A DNA stretch of 53,056 nt from a virus (IMGVR_UViG_3300016478_000076:1-53056); one strand, 5' to 3'; positions 9,399 through 20,895 are shown, counted from the stretch's first letter. Notes: generated from the letters alone by a model not told the origin. Numbers and translations are program-made.

Positions 9399-11192
9399 TT
9401 ATCTAGTGGTCCAACCGAGTATTTTAGAGGATGAATTAGATACTGACTCATGTAATTTAAGCATAGCCCTATTAGGTAAGTCTATAGCTTTATTAGATAA
9501 GAAAGCACTATACATTTCCATCTTCATGGCTATCTCTGGTTTTATTATAGCTATACCACACATAGTAGCTATAAAATCTAGATATTGAGTATTATTAAAG
9601 AACATTTTTAAGTCTTTACCTTTTGTCATTGTTAAAGCTTGATATAAATCTTTTATAGTAAAGCTTATTTGAACTTCTGTTGGTAGACCGTCTATATTCC
9701 AAGAACCTTCTCCACCTTTTTGAATATCCATATTAGTAATTATCCCCATTTCACAATTGAATAATCCTTTGAATACTCCTTTAACTAAGAATGGAGATCG
9801 CATTCCATTATAACCCATTTGCATCGGTAATGCTAAGGCTATTAAATGCCACATAGGAACTAAAATGTTTCTATATATACTCTCAGTATCCCCATCTGGA
9901 GAAGTGAGCTTGATATTGACACTATATGATTTGGAATAAGAGCTATCTTGCCATATTTCTGGAAATATTAACTTACCACCAGCAGCTATAGTTAAAGCTC
10001 CAGCTTTTAATCTTTCTAATACATTTGCAGGATTACTAAAGCTTAATAAGGCGTTAGAAGCATCAGCCATACTTTGTGCGACTTTATCTTCATTTAATAA
10101 GTCTGCTTTAACTCCAAACCCTGCACCTAGAAGAAAGTCTATCTCTTTACCCATATTACTAAGAGTATTCATTGAGTTACTTAACATACTCTCTCCAGTA
10201 CTATTTGAGAAAGATTCAGATATTTGATTATCGGCATCTACATAGAAAGCTACATATTCAGAACCAGAGAAGAATCCCTTAAGTCCATCATTAGTAAACT
10301 TATCCCAACTATATCTAGAGTAAGGAGTACCGTCTATAGTTTTATCTCCTAGACCAAGATATATAGCACTAGCTCTACATACACCATTCACATAGTCATA
10401 GTAATCAGCATAGTTAAATCTAAAAGTATAGTATCTACCAAACTTATTAGTATCAAACATATCTTCTAGAGCTGATTCATTAGTACCAGCACTCATTATA
10501 GCACTTAATACCGCACCTCTTTCACTTTTCTTATATCCATCCATAAAACTAGGTCTTCCTGGAGCTAATAAGAGTAGAGGCATTCTATTAACTATCTTCT
10601 CAGTAAATCTTCTCCCATAAGGAAAATTTATTCCTGAATCAAAATTACTAAGCTTTTGATCTACTGAATCCATAAACTGATAAGGGAATCCATGTATACC
10701 TCTTATAGAATTTAACCCCGAAGCCGTTTGACTTCTAGAGTTATATAATTGATAAGCATTTATATCAGCCTGATAATCAGAATAATCATCACCTTCTAAT
10801 GGACTATTGAAGTCTTTCTCAGTCATTCCTTCTGGCATTGTAACTCCACCAGAACCGTCATCTAATCTACTAAAGTTACTTGGTCCACCAGATGTACTTG
10901 TACTAGCTCCAGAAGGAGAAGATGTTCCACCAGAACTAGAATCTTTAATAGACTGAGCAGTAGAATCTTTTGCATTCTTTAATATATCTTCTATAAGTTT
11001 TAGATAGCTGTATCCTGAACTTACCCAAAGACCATTACCTATCTGAAACCATCCACTTTGTTCTTTTGTTGCTGTTACTCTATCACCTTTTTTAAGAGCA
11101 CCTTTCGATGGAAAGGATGTACTTGGACCTTCTCTCATATTCAGAGTAGTAGAAATAACTTCATATATTCTATTTATAGTATTAGTAGCCAT
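9399..11192 (-). CDS. SH3b domain + baseplate tail-tube cap/initiator-like protein (T4 gp48/gp54-like)
   Basis: N-terminal SH3b (LNMREGPST...GW...WVS), S/G/T linker, C-terminal FPEIW..S.YSVNIKL, PFLVK and GLPTEVQISFTIKDL motifs. Confidence 0.7.
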   Translation of the reverse strand: MATNTINRIYEVISTTLNMREGPSTSFPSKGALKKGDRVTATKEQSGWFQIGNGLWVSSGYSYLKLIEDILKNAKDSTAQSIKDSSSGGTSSPSGASTSTSGGPSNFSRLDDGSGGVTMPEGMTEKDFNSPLEGDDYSDYQADINAYQLYNSRSQTASGLNSIRGIHGFPYQFMDSVDQKLSNFDSGINFPYGRRFTEKIVNRMPLLLLAPGRPSFMDGYKKSERGAVLSAIMSAGTNESALEDMFDTNKFGRYYTFRFNYADYYDYVNGVCRASAIYLGLGDKTIDGTPYSRYSWDKFTNDGLKGFFSGSEYVAFYVDADNQISESFSNSTGESMLSNSMNTLSNMGKEIDFLLGAGFGVKADLLNEDKVAQSMADASNALLSFSNPANVLERLKAGALTIAAGGKLIFPEIWQDSSYSKSYSVNIKLTSPDGDTESIYRNILVPMWHLIALALPMQMGYNGMRSPFLVKGVFKGLFNCEMGIITNMDIQKGGEGSWNIDGLPTEVQISFTIKDLYQALTMTKGKDLKMFFNNTQYLDFIATMCGIAIIKPEIAMKMEMYSAFLSNKAIDLPNRAMLKLHESVSNSSSKILGWTTR

Positions 11193-11256
11193 TATATACT
11201 TTACTCCTTTCTAATAATCTAGAGGTAGGGATATTATCCTCTACCTCTAAGTTATA

Positions 11257-14200
11257 TTATTGTGGCTGAGCTATTATCTCATTCATGTTCATTATAAGTT
11301 TACCTAGACTTTCATTAGCTAAACTTCCTGATTTTCCTGCAGATGCATTTCTAATAGCATTAGCTATAGCTGCAGATTGGTCATTACTGTTCTTTAATGA
11401 CTTCATCTTTTCCTTAGGAATAGTAATGTTCAAGCCTTTGGATAACAACTCAACTACTTGAGATAGATTACCAGTATGCTCTAGCATTTTAGTGATTAAA
11501 GCTATTAATATTTGTAGAGATTGATTAACTGCTGGGTCATTTGCTACAGTAACATTATTAGTTCCTTGAGATGTAACTGTTGATGTATTATTTGTAGGAG
11601 TATTAGCAGTAGCATTATTTATAGAAGTAGTAGCTGTAGGTATTCTACCTTTTAGTTTCTGGAATATATCAGTATTCTCAAATTTATTAGATGCTGTAGC
11701 TAATCTAGATTTGATATTGGTTACTGAAGAATTAGACATATTACCATAATCTCCAAGTTCAGCTTTTGCTTGTACTTCTCTAGCAAATCTTTCATCAGGA
11801 GACATAACCTTAGTATTACCAATAAGACCATACTTCTTATAAACTTCTATCCTACGTTGTTCAGCAGCAGATACTGTAACTGTAGGAGTTGATTTATTAC
11901 CATTAGTAACTTGCTCTGCAAAGATTTGATCTGGAGTTTTAACTCCCAATCCAGCTTTAGGGTCACTTACAAATGTTGACTTAGGTTGGTTAGCATAATC
12001 ACCCATTTCAGTATTACCATTAACCATCATAGCAAATTTCTCATCTTCAGTAAGGACTCTCTTATCATATAGACCTTGTTTAGCATATGCTGCTATACGT
12101 TTAACAAAATCTACATCTGCAGCTTTTATTTTATCTACATTAGATGGTCCACTACCCATACCCATCATAGCTTGAGACTTAGAAATTGCACCAGAAGAAG
12201 TTCCAGTTGATTCAGATGGACGTATATGTCTCTTAGCGAGTATATACTTAGAGTCATTTGGATTAAATGTTTTTATAGTAGGTCCTTTAACTTTTCCACC
12301 TGCTCCACCACCATGCCCAATCATCTTTCCATTTCCATAGTACATTTCAACGTGTCCTACACCATAAGGTCTATTTTTACCATGAGATCTTTGGAAGAAT
12401 AGTAGGTCTCCAGGTCTAAGGTTACTTAGACTAGATTTACCACCTGCTACTTTACCTTTATCTACAGTAGTACCTTTACCTATTTGATCTAGAGTAGAAT
12501 GACCAACATTGATTCCAGCACCTTTTTCATAAGCCCATTTTACAGTAGAACTACAGTCAGCACTACCCTTTTCAGGATTTCTAGCTCCAGTCATACTATA
12601 AGCAAGTTTACCTTTAACACTTTCCATCTTAGCTAATACAGGTCTTACCGAACCATCAGCCATAGCAGATCCACCTAGGTCACTCTCTAGAGATGCTAAG
12701 AATTCTTTCTCATTACCTTTATCAAGTAATTGAAGATTATATTTTTCAATAGTATTAATTATCTTAGTAGCATATGCAGGGTCAGTAGCATATCCACCTT
12801 TCATTAATATATTAACAGCGGTTTTATAGTTAGAAGCACCAGCAAAACCATTATATCTCTTCTGTCCACTCATTACTGCTATATAATCTTTTTGAGAATC
12901 TTCCCATGTTGCATACTTTCTAAAGTTAGCATTTATAGTAGTACTTTGCCCATTATAAACTTCTCCAGTCTTCATATTTATAGAAGCACCTTTCCAGCTA
13001 CTTCCACATTTGATACCAAATAAGTTCTTTCCTTTCTGAGCTAGACCACTATTTCCCCAAGATGATTCATGTATAGCCTGAGCTATATGAACTGAAGGTA
13101 ATACTCTCTTACTTCTAAATCCTTCCATAGCAACTTTAATTAATCTCTTAATAAAGTCTTTCTTAGAAGTAGATAGACCTGAAGCTCCACTACCTGTAGC
13201 TCCACCTGTTCCACCGTCAGCACCTGGCATTAAATCACTATAATCTAATCCCATTAAACCTCTAATCATTATCTCTCCAGCTCTCATAATCTGTTCGATA
13301 GGACTTAGGTTTTGGCTTTCAGCTATTTGATCATCAGATATCATCTCTTCTCCAGTAGCTTCGTCTATCATAGTACCATCAGAATTAATACCTAGAGATT
13401 GATAAGCATTAGATGTAATAGCATAAGTAGAAGCTTTGATAGTATTAGCAAAGTTAAACTTATAATTACCTTTATTTCTTTCAGGGTCATGAATTATTAC
13501 TTTATCTTCACCATCTGTACCAACGGCTACAACATAGTGAGGTTTCTTACCAAATGGTGTACTAGCTCCACCTTTACCCATAAGTATAGTAGGAATACCT
13601 TGTCTAATCTTATCCATGATAGAACCACCAATAGAAGACTTAGTAGCTTTTCCATCAAGTTTCTGAGTAGAACTACTTACTCCATGCTCAGTAGCAAATG
13701 CAGGGAAGAATCCAGGTTTAGTACCACCATTCTTTTCTTTAAATCCTTTGTCTACAGCAAACTTAGCAGCTTCATTAGGATATACTTCAGTACCTTTAAA
13801 TGCACTTACAACCATAGATGCTGCTGTAGGTCCACATCCTGAATCACCGATAGTTTGTTTAACTGTATCATTCTTAGAGTTAAATCTATCATTAGCCCAA
13901 CGTCTATCCTTTTGACTGAAGAATGGTATTGCTGGAGGATCTATAGATTCCATTAAAGCATCTTTAGTTCTACCACCAGCTACAGCTCTAGCAGCCATAG
14001 TATTTTGTTGAGCTTCTTTATTTAGATTAACTTTACCAGAAGTTTCAAATGTATTTCTTTGAGCATTTCTACCTGTAGGTTTGATATCTTTTGCTCCAGT
14101 ATATCTAGCATTTTTAGCCTTAGCTTTTTCTTCTGCAGATTTGCCACCGAATATCTTAGATACCCAACCCATTCCATACTTAGGTCCAGATCCCATACCA

Positions 14201-17200
14201 TATTGTGGTTCAGAATTACCTTTACCCCAAGTAAATGGATTATACCATTTGAACTCACTCTTACTAGTCTTCTCTACATTATATTGCTTATTATATTTAT
14301 TTGCTTTCTTACTATAATCATCAAAACTTACAGCATTACTTCCAGCAGCTTCTTTATAATTAGCATAAGTAGATTTTAATGCTTGCTGTCCTTCTGATAT
14401 ATCATCTTCTATTTTTCCAGGCATTATCTTAACAACTGAAGATAGTATATATTTCTTTGGAACTAAACCAAACAAGAATCTTTGGTTTAATGCATTTACT
14501 AATCCAGATACTATTCTTACTGGTAGAGGAACATCTCCTTCTACTTGTAATATCTCATCAGCATTAGACATACCCCAAATAATATCACCTGCAGTTATAG
14601 CTACACCTACAGGTCCTAACCATCCTGCTAATTTCTTACCTGCAGAACCTAAAACATCTTTACCTACCTTTTCAGCTAATACTTTAGGTAGACCTGTCAT
14701 TCTTTCTGCAAATTCAGCACCGATGATTTTGACTATTCTAGGATTTTTAAATATACTAAAAGCTTTTTCGAATAATGAGAATCCTTTAGTAGCTAAATCA
14801 TCTACATGTCCAGCTAAAGGGGTTCCACCAATTGCATTTTTTACTTTACCACCATATCCAGTAATAGCTTTATTAGCAGTCCAAACAACAGGTTTCATTA
14901 GAGTTCTTCCTACCCCTCCAACTATGCCTTTACTATGAGCTAAGAAGTTAAAAGCAGTTCTATTTTCTTGAGCTTTAGAGCGTCCTAAAAATTCTGTTCC
15001 ACCTTCAGCTATAGAATCTCCTTCTAGAGAACCATCAGCATCTCCACCACCCATCATACTAACTAGTTTAGATAAATCATTGAATAATCCTGGTAGTAAT
15101 GGTAATGCTACTAGTAATGCAGGAGCCATCTTTAACATTGCTCCACCAAATTGAACCAAAGGTCCACCAAGGTTTTTGAGCATATCAAATATGCCACCCT
15201 CTTTTTCTTCTCCTTCTTTCTTCTCTTTAGGCTTATGACCAATTACTTCTAATAGTTTATCTTGGAAAGAATTATCTCTATTCTCTTCAGATTCTAATCT
15301 ATTTTGAACTTCACTATTTAGTGGTTTAAGAGTTCCTTTATAGTCTCTCTTAAACTTAAGCTCACCGTAAGGAGTCAACATAGAAGCAGTCTCAGGAGCT
15401 TTAGCTTCTAAATCATTAGGTATATTAGGAGTGACAGCATCTTTACCTTTATCTAATACCTTATCAGTAGCAGATTTAGCAGCTTCTTTAGCTCCATCTT
15501 CAGGATGAGATTCTCCTTTAATAGCATATAGAATTCTCTCTAATAAACCATGAGTTTTCTCTGCTATTTTTTCATTAGATACAGTAGTTTCACTTATAGC
15601 TTCTTCTACAGTTTTTGGTTCTTCTTTAGTATTATTTTGAGCTTTATTTGCTTCGGATAATTTTCTAGATTTATAACCTCTAGTAATAGCACCTCTATAT
15701 CCTCCAGCAGAATTCTCATCCATATACTTGAAAGTTTCTTCAATTTCTTTATCGGAATAACTTTTCTTGCCATCTTTCATATCTCTAAGAATCTGATTAT
15801 AACGTAATTGTTGTTCAAAATGTTCTAGTACTCTAAATGGACTTGTAACAAAATCGCCTAAACCTTTTAATAGGAAACTTCCTGCACCATCTATTATTTT
15901 TTTCATAGGTCCAAAAATCCATTTTTCCATACCTTGAGAAAATTTGTCACCGAATACAGCATTAAATACTTCTCCTACCTTTTCGGCTACTCCTTTAACA
16001 ATCATTTTTCCTAGATGTCCAACTTCTTTAGCAAGAGGTTTTATAGAATGAGCTACTGGTTTAAGCATGTTTTCTACTACAAAGAATTTAAGGTCTAAAG
16101 CTTTCTCTCTTATAAACCCTATCATACCGCCATGTAGTTTACCGTCCTTACCTTCTTTACCAATAAGCATTTCAGTAAACTTCTGACTCTTAGTAGCCAT
16201 ACCTATAGCAGCACCGACAGTAATACCGCCTACTAGACCAAAAGGTCCACTTAATGCTAAAGCTCCACCAATACCACCAGCAATTCCTCTAGGTAATAAT
16301 CCTTCTATGAACTGTTTAGCTTTAGGTCCTAATAATCCATCCTCTTCTCCAAATAAGAAGTTTTGAACTCCTTCACTCTTCTTAGCAAAGTTATATACTA
16401 CTCCACCCATAAGACCACCAACAACACCAAAAGGAGTAAATGGTAATAACCCTAGAGCAGCTCCAGTAATAGCAGACTTCTTAGTACCAGGCATATACTT
16501 ATTAAAAGTATCTATTATATCTTTAGTAACTAGACCGCCTTTTCTATTACCTTCTAAATCTTTATCACCAAATAAGAATTTCTGTGCAGATTCACTCTTC
16601 TTAAGGAATGCAACTCCAGCACCAATACCAGCCCAAGCTAAAGGTCCTCCCACTAGTCCAGCTAATGCACCAACACCTCCACCAATTATAGCACCAGAAC
16701 CTAAATGTGGAAGATAGTCTTTGAAATTCTTCTTAGCATCTTTAACAACTTCTTCTAAATCTTCATTAACTTTCTTATCTACTTCTTCTTCTTTAGTAGT
16801 TCCGAATAATGCTCTCTTGATAGAACCCATCATAGAATGCATTTCTTCTCCTACCTGTGTAGCTAAAGAAGGAGTATCTTTCTTTCCTTTAGAGATATTT
16901 TTACCACTAATTTCAGCTATATCATTTAGTGCCTGTTGTGTATCTGAATAGTCTTTAATGATACTTAATATCTTCTCTTTATCTTCACCATCTTTTTCAG
17001 TCTTTGGTACAGACTTTAATACTTCAGCTTCTATAAGAGCTAAAAGCTTTTCATTATATTCAGTTTTAGACAATCTCTTTTTATCCTTAATATTTGGAGC
17101 CATAGAATCTGCAATAGCAGAAATCTTCTCAAACATTTGAGGAATTAAAGCATTTGCATCTGCAGTAACGACAGCTTCACCTTTGTGTAGACTTGCAAGG

Positions 17201-20200
17201 TAATTATCTCTAGGGATAAAACTAGCACCATCAGCATGTTCAGGAAGGTCTTTAAAATACTGCATAAGATTTTCTAGAGGAGTATTTCCTTCAGTATTAA
17301 ATACACTTTTAGGTCTAACAGTATCTTCTACATCAGTTTTATCAATACCTTCTCTATTTATAGTATTTAATCCTAAGCCAGTAGTCATTAAATTATCAAC
17401 AGGATTAATTAAAGCAGGGCTAATAGAACTTAAATCTATAGGCATATCAGCACCAGTAGCAACACTAGCAGATTTCATACTTAACTTACTTGCTATAGGA
17501 GCTAATAATGTAGCCGAAGCTACATGTATATTTTTGCTTAATAGATTTATGAATTTCACTAAAGCTTTATTAACCTGAGCTTCTTCTTTCATACCATTAA
17601 AGCAAGTAAATAAAGCAGTTTTTAAAGCAGCTTCATCTTGATTATTAGCATCTATACCTTTAAGCTCATTAAGAATCTCTGTAATAGCAGTAAGTTTCTT
17701 AGCTGTAGATATATTCATACCTTTATCAATACCATGAAGATGTTTATATACTACTCCAGATAATACTGTAAACTTATCTTTATCTATACCTTTAGTATCA
17801 GTCAATTCTTGATTAGCATCTAATTTACTAGATAGAAGAGTCTTCTGTATCTTAGCAAATACATCTTGATTACCAAAAGTATAATTCATAGCTCCAGTAG
17901 TTTTCTCTTTTACTACTGCCATTAATGTATCATTCTTAGCATATCCATTTCGAACAATCTCTTGAAGTACAGCGACAATCGCTTTATGAGGGTCCCTGGG
18001 ATCAACGTCATCTATAATAGATTTGATATTCTTTGCTAATGATGTTTCTTTAGAGCTTCTTGGATGAAACTTAACTAAAGCTTGTAGCATTTTATCTAAT
18101 ACTATAGACTGGTCTATTTCATTTCTTTTAGTTGGGTCATACATATATTGCTCTGCTAATTTAGTAATCTTAGCTATTTGTGTTGGAGCACCAATAATAT
18201 CATTCTTTATATCAAATAGATCACTCTTAGTTTGATGGAAGATATCACTAAATACAGAAGTCGATACATAATCACCATTCTCATCTTTATCTCCAAAGAA
18301 AAATTTACCAACACCTTTTTGCATATCTTTTACTGTCATATCGCTTCCAGTAAATCTTAATAAGGTATCTCCAAACTCTTCTAACTTAGGAAATAAATTC
18401 TCTTGCATTGGTTTAAATATAGTTTCTTCTAACCATTCATTTAAGTTAGAGAAAGTCTGTTTCATCTCAACAACAAGCATATCCATAAAACCTCTAACAT
18501 GCTCACCTTTATACATCTTAACTTGCTCTTTACCATACATGATTTCATATAATCTAAGGTCTACATTATCCATCATATTAGCCATGAAATCCCATGGTTT
18601 ATTTGAGATATCAGTCATAGCCTTAGTTACATTATCAAACTTCTCCATTAAGCTAGTTCCAACCATAGTCTCTAGGAACTTTCCACCCCAACTACGTTTT
18701 TCTTTCTTTTCAGATTCAGCTTTTGCTTTTTCTATTCTAGATTCAGTATCCATCTTAGTATATAAAACATAACCGAAATCTTCTGGAGACATTTGATCTA
18801 ATTCTTCAATAATATTATATTTCTCTTTCTTTCTATTCTTATTATATTCAAATGAACGAGCATCTGATTCTTTCTTAGAATCTTCAGGGTCTTGTTGATA
18901 AATATAGTTGTTTATATTAGTATCTCTATCTAATATAGGATTATTAGTAGAATCAATTAATCTGCCTCTACTATCAACAATACCTTGTCTTCTAGGTCTA
19001 TAATTTCCAGCTCCTCCGACATTATAGACTTTAATACCTTCTAATAGAGTAGCAGTAATCTTATTAAGATAAAAGAATATATTATTCCCATAACTATCTT
19101 TAGTTTCTAAAAAAGAATTATCAGTACTTCTATTAATAGCTCCTTTTTTAACTCTTCCTTTTTCATCTACTATCTCTCCACCTTTAAAGTTATTCTCTAA
19201 AAAGGCAAATAAGCTAGTACCTTTAGCATTCTCTGCTTCAAAGTCTTTATTAAGTCTAGTACGAGCTTCCATCATACCTCTATCGAAGTTCATTTGAGAC
19301 TCTCGTTTAGCACCTTTAAACATTCTAACTATCTTATCATAGTTATCAGAGTTTATATCTAAATCATAATCAGAGCTATCTCTTCTAGGGTCAAATCTTC
19401 TACCACTAGTTAAGAAATATTGGAAGAACTTTTGCATATCTTCTTCCATTCTCTTTTGTTGCTCTATACTAGAGAATGTAAACTTCTCTAACATATCAGT
19501 CATTTCTCTTCTGACATCTCCAGCACCAGATTCTGCAGCACTTCTAATCTTATCCTGTTTCATCTTCTTTACATCTGTAATATCCATGAATTTACCAGAC
19601 TCATAATCATAGACTAATTCATTCTTTCCAGATTGTACAGCAAGTATTTTAGATAATAATCCAGGAATAACTTCAGTTAGAGCTTTCTTAGCTACACCAT
19701 CCCATGCTACAGCACCTTTATTATATTTAGAAGTATCTATAGAAGTACTTAATCTATTATTTACTCCAAATATATTACCGATACGTGATAAGAAGTTATC
19801 TTCTTGCTTTAAGTCATTAAAGAAAGATAAAGCAGAACTAAAGAATCCTGATATAGATTTATTTAACTTATCAGAACTTTTCTTAAAGTTCTCTCCTATC
19901 ATTTTAGTAACTAGCATTCTAGGTAAGAATTCTAACGGAGCAGCAGTTAATGCCATTAGTGTATTACCACCTTCAAACATATCACCCATAGCTCCAAGTA
20001 CGCCAGACTCATTCTTCATATTCTTTGCAACATTCTTAAAATATTCAGAGAAGCTTATAGCTCCACTAGCAGTTACTATGTCATCATAGTCTATCCTTTT
20101 AGAAGAAGATGTATCTTCGCCTTGAGAACTCTTATATTGATTTCTCTGCATTTCTACACTTTCTTTTAATAATGCATTAATCTCTGATAAAGTCTTTGTA

Positions 20201-20859
20201 GTAGTTTCATAATAGGTTTTACTATTATCTATAAAGGTAGACATTCCTTTATTATTAAATTCTACAAGTTTACTTATATTTTGATTACTAGCATCTAGAT
20301 AGCCATTGATATCTTTAAACGCTCTCATATTAATAAGCATATTATGCTCATATAATTGTCTTTGATTACCAACGATATATTCACTAGTTCTAGCCACAGT
20401 AGAAGAAATCATTTCTGCATTAGCTTTACTACTAGCATCTATATTATCTATTAAGTAATCTTCATCCATACTCATATCATCATCGTCAAAAGACATATCA
20501 TCATCGCTGTCAAAATCAACGCTAATATCCATATCTTCATTCCAACTATCTAATCCCATAGCCTTTTGTTCTATCTTAGCTTTTCTTTCAGGGTTATATA
20601 GTTTACCAGTAGTGATGTCTTCAATTATACTCTTATGCATTTGGTCTGCAGCTTCATATAATTTACTATTCTTGATATAATCATGTGTCTTTCTAGCTAT
20701 TAGTTTATGGTCGCTAACAGCATATGCAACAGCTTTAAATAACTCTTGGTTTGTCTCTACAGTATCTGCAATAACTGGATTGTAGCTTTTAACTACATCA
20801 GCCGTGGCATATACAACGGATTTACCAATATTCTTGATGTATTCTTGAACATTCGTCAT
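11257..20859 (-). CDS. Tape measure / tail-associated lysin (3200 aa) with C39-like peptidase, GH73 glucosaminidase and NlpC/P60 domains
   Basis: HADG...LHKGEAVV tape-measure motif; Gly-rich hydrophobic repeats; SGCGPTAASM...HYVV...DP; AQAIHESSWG...NLFGIK...YATDPAY; DCSS...PGDLLF...GHVEMY. Confidence 0.85.
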   Translation of the reverse strand: MTNVQEYIKNIGKSVVYATADVVKSYNPVIADTVETNQELFKAVAYAVSDHKLIARKTHDYIKNSKLYEAADQMHKSIIEDITTGKLYNPERKAKIEQKAMGLDSWNEDMDISVDFDSDDDMSFDDDDMSMDEDYLIDNIDASSKANAEMISSTVARTSEYIVGNQRQLYEHNMLINMRAFKDINGYLDASNQNISKLVEFNNKGMSTFIDNSKTYYETTTKTLSEINALLKESVEMQRNQYKSSQGEDTSSSKRIDYDDIVTASGAISFSEYFKNVAKNMKNESGVLGAMGDMFEGGNTLMALTAAPLEFLPRMLVTKMIGENFKKSSDKLNKSISGFFSSALSFFNDLKQEDNFLSRIGNIFGVNNRLSTSIDTSKYNKGAVAWDGVAKKALTEVIPGLLSKILAVQSGKNELVYDYESGKFMDITDVKKMKQDKIRSAAESGAGDVRREMTDMLEKFTFSSIEQQKRMEEDMQKFFQYFLTSGRRFDPRRDSSDYDLDINSDNYDKIVRMFKGAKRESQMNFDRGMMEARTRLNKDFEAENAKGTSLFAFLENNFKGGEIVDEKGRVKKGAINRSTDNSFLETKDSYGNNIFFYLNKITATLLEGIKVYNVGGAGNYRPRRQGIVDSRGRLIDSTNNPILDRDTNINNYIYQQDPEDSKKESDARSFEYNKNRKKEKYNIIEELDQMSPEDFGYVLYTKMDTESRIEKAKAESEKKEKRSWGGKFLETMVGTSLMEKFDNVTKAMTDISNKPWDFMANMMDNVDLRLYEIMYGKEQVKMYKGEHVRGFMDMLVVEMKQTFSNLNEWLEETIFKPMQENLFPKLEEFGDTLLRFTGSDMTVKDMQKGVGKFFFGDKDENGDYVSTSVFSDIFHQTKSDLFDIKNDIIGAPTQIAKITKLAEQYMYDPTKRNEIDQSIVLDKMLQALVKFHPRSSKETSLAKNIKSIIDDVDPRDPHKAIVAVLQEIVRNGYAKNDTLMAVVKEKTTGAMNYTFGNQDVFAKIQKTLLSSKLDANQELTDTKGIDKDKFTVLSGVVYKHLHGIDKGMNISTAKKLTAITEILNELKGIDANNQDEAALKTALFTCFNGMKEEAQVNKALVKFINLLSKNIHVASATLLAPIASKLSMKSASVATGADMPIDLSSISPALINPVDNLMTTGLGLNTINREGIDKTDVEDTVRPKSVFNTEGNTPLENLMQYFKDLPEHADGASFIPRDNYLASLHKGEAVVTADANALIPQMFEKISAIADSMAPNIKDKKRLSKTEYNEKLLALIEAEVLKSVPKTEKDGEDKEKILSIIKDYSDTQQALNDIAEISGKNISKGKKDTPSLATQVGEEMHSMMGSIKRALFGTTKEEEVDKKVNEDLEEVVKDAKKNFKDYLPHLGSGAIIGGGVGALAGLVGGPLAWAGIGAGVAFLKKSESAQKFLFGDKDLEGNRKGGLVTKDIIDTFNKYMPGTKKSAITGAALGLLPFTPFGVVGGLMGGVVYNFAKKSEGVQNFLFGEEDGLLGPKAKQFIEGLLPRGIAGGIGGALALSGPFGLVGGITVGAAIGMATKSQKFTEMLIGKEGKDGKLHGGMIGFIREKALDLKFFVVENMLKPVAHSIKPLAKEVGHLGKMIVKGVAEKVGEVFNAVFGDKFSQGMEKWIFGPMKKIIDGAGSFLLKGLGDFVTSPFRVLEHFEQQLRYNQILRDMKDGKKSYSDKEIEETFKYMDENSAGGYRGAITRGYKSRKLSEANKAQNNTKEEPKTVEEAISETTVSNEKIAEKTHGLLERILYAIKGESHPEDGAKEAAKSATDKVLDKGKDAVTPNIPNDLEAKAPETASMLTPYGELKFKRDYKGTLKPLNSEVQNRLESEENRDNSFQDKLLEVIGHKPKEKKEGEEKEGGIFDMLKNLGGPLVQFGGAMLKMAPALLVALPLLPGLFNDLSKLVSMMGGGDADGSLEGDSIAEGGTEFLGRSKAQENRTAFNFLAHSKGIVGGVGRTLMKPVVWTANKAITGYGGKVKNAIGGTPLAGHVDDLATKGFSLFEKAFSIFKNPRIVKIIGAEFAERMTGLPKVLAEKVGKDVLGSAGKKLAGWLGPVGVAITAGDIIWGMSNADEILQVEGDVPLPVRIVSGLVNALNQRFLFGLVPKKYILSSVVKIMPGKIEDDISEGQQALKSTYANYKEAAGSNAVSFDDYSKKANKYNKQYNVEKTSKSEFKWYNPFTWGKGNSEPQYGMGSGPKYGMGWVSKIFGGKSAEEKAKAKNARYTGAKDIKPTGRNAQRNTFETSGKVNLNKEAQQNTMAARAVAGGRTKDALMESIDPPAIPFFSQKDRRWANDRFNSKNDTVKQTIGDSGCGPTAASMVVSAFKGTEVYPNEAAKFAVDKGFKEKNGGTKPGFFPAFATEHGVSSSTQKLDGKATKSSIGGSIMDKIRQGIPTILMGKGGASTPFGKKPHYVVAVGTDGEDKVIIHDPERNKGNYKFNFANTIKASTYAITSNAYQSLGINSDGTMIDEATGEEMISDDQIAESQNLSPIEQIMRAGEIMIRGLMGLDYSDLMPGADGGTGGATGSGASGLSTSKKDFIKRLIKVAMEGFRSKRVLPSVHIAQAIHESSWGNSGLAQKGKNLFGIKCGSSWKGASINMKTGEVYNGQSTTINANFRKYATWEDSQKDYIAVMSGQKRYNGFAGASNYKTAVNILMKGGYATDPAYATKIINTIEKYNLQLLDKGNEKEFLASLESDLGGSAMADGSVRPVLAKMESVKGKLAYSMTGARNPEKGSADCSSTVKWAYEKGAGINVGHSTLDQIGKGTTVDKGKVAGGKSSLSNLRPGDLLFFQRSHGKNRPYGVGHVEMYYGNGKMIGHGGGAGGKVKGPTIKTFNPNDSKYILAKRHIRPSESTGTSSGAISKSQAMMGMGSGPSNVDKIKAADVDFVKRIAAYAKQGLYDKRVLTEDEKFAMMVNGNTEMGDYANQPKSTFVSDPKAGLGVKTPDQIFAEQVTNGNKSTPTVTVSAAEQRRIEVYKKYGLIGNTKVMSPDERFAREVQAKAELGDYGNMSNSSVTNIKSRLATASNKFENTDIFQKLKGRIPTATTSINNATANTPTNNTSTVTSQGTNNVTVANDPAVNQSLQILIALITKMLEHTGNLSQVVELLSKGLNITIPKEKMKSLKNSNDQSAAIANAIRNASAGKSGSLANESLGKLIMNMNEIIAQPQ

Positions 20860-20883
20860 ACGTTATCATACCTCCTTTCGCTT

Positions 20884-20895
20884 TAATAAAGTGTT
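20884..20895 (-). promoter_or_regulatory. Late-type promoter AACA-N6-TA
   Basis: AACACTTTATTA upstream of the tape measure SD. Confidence 0.7.
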
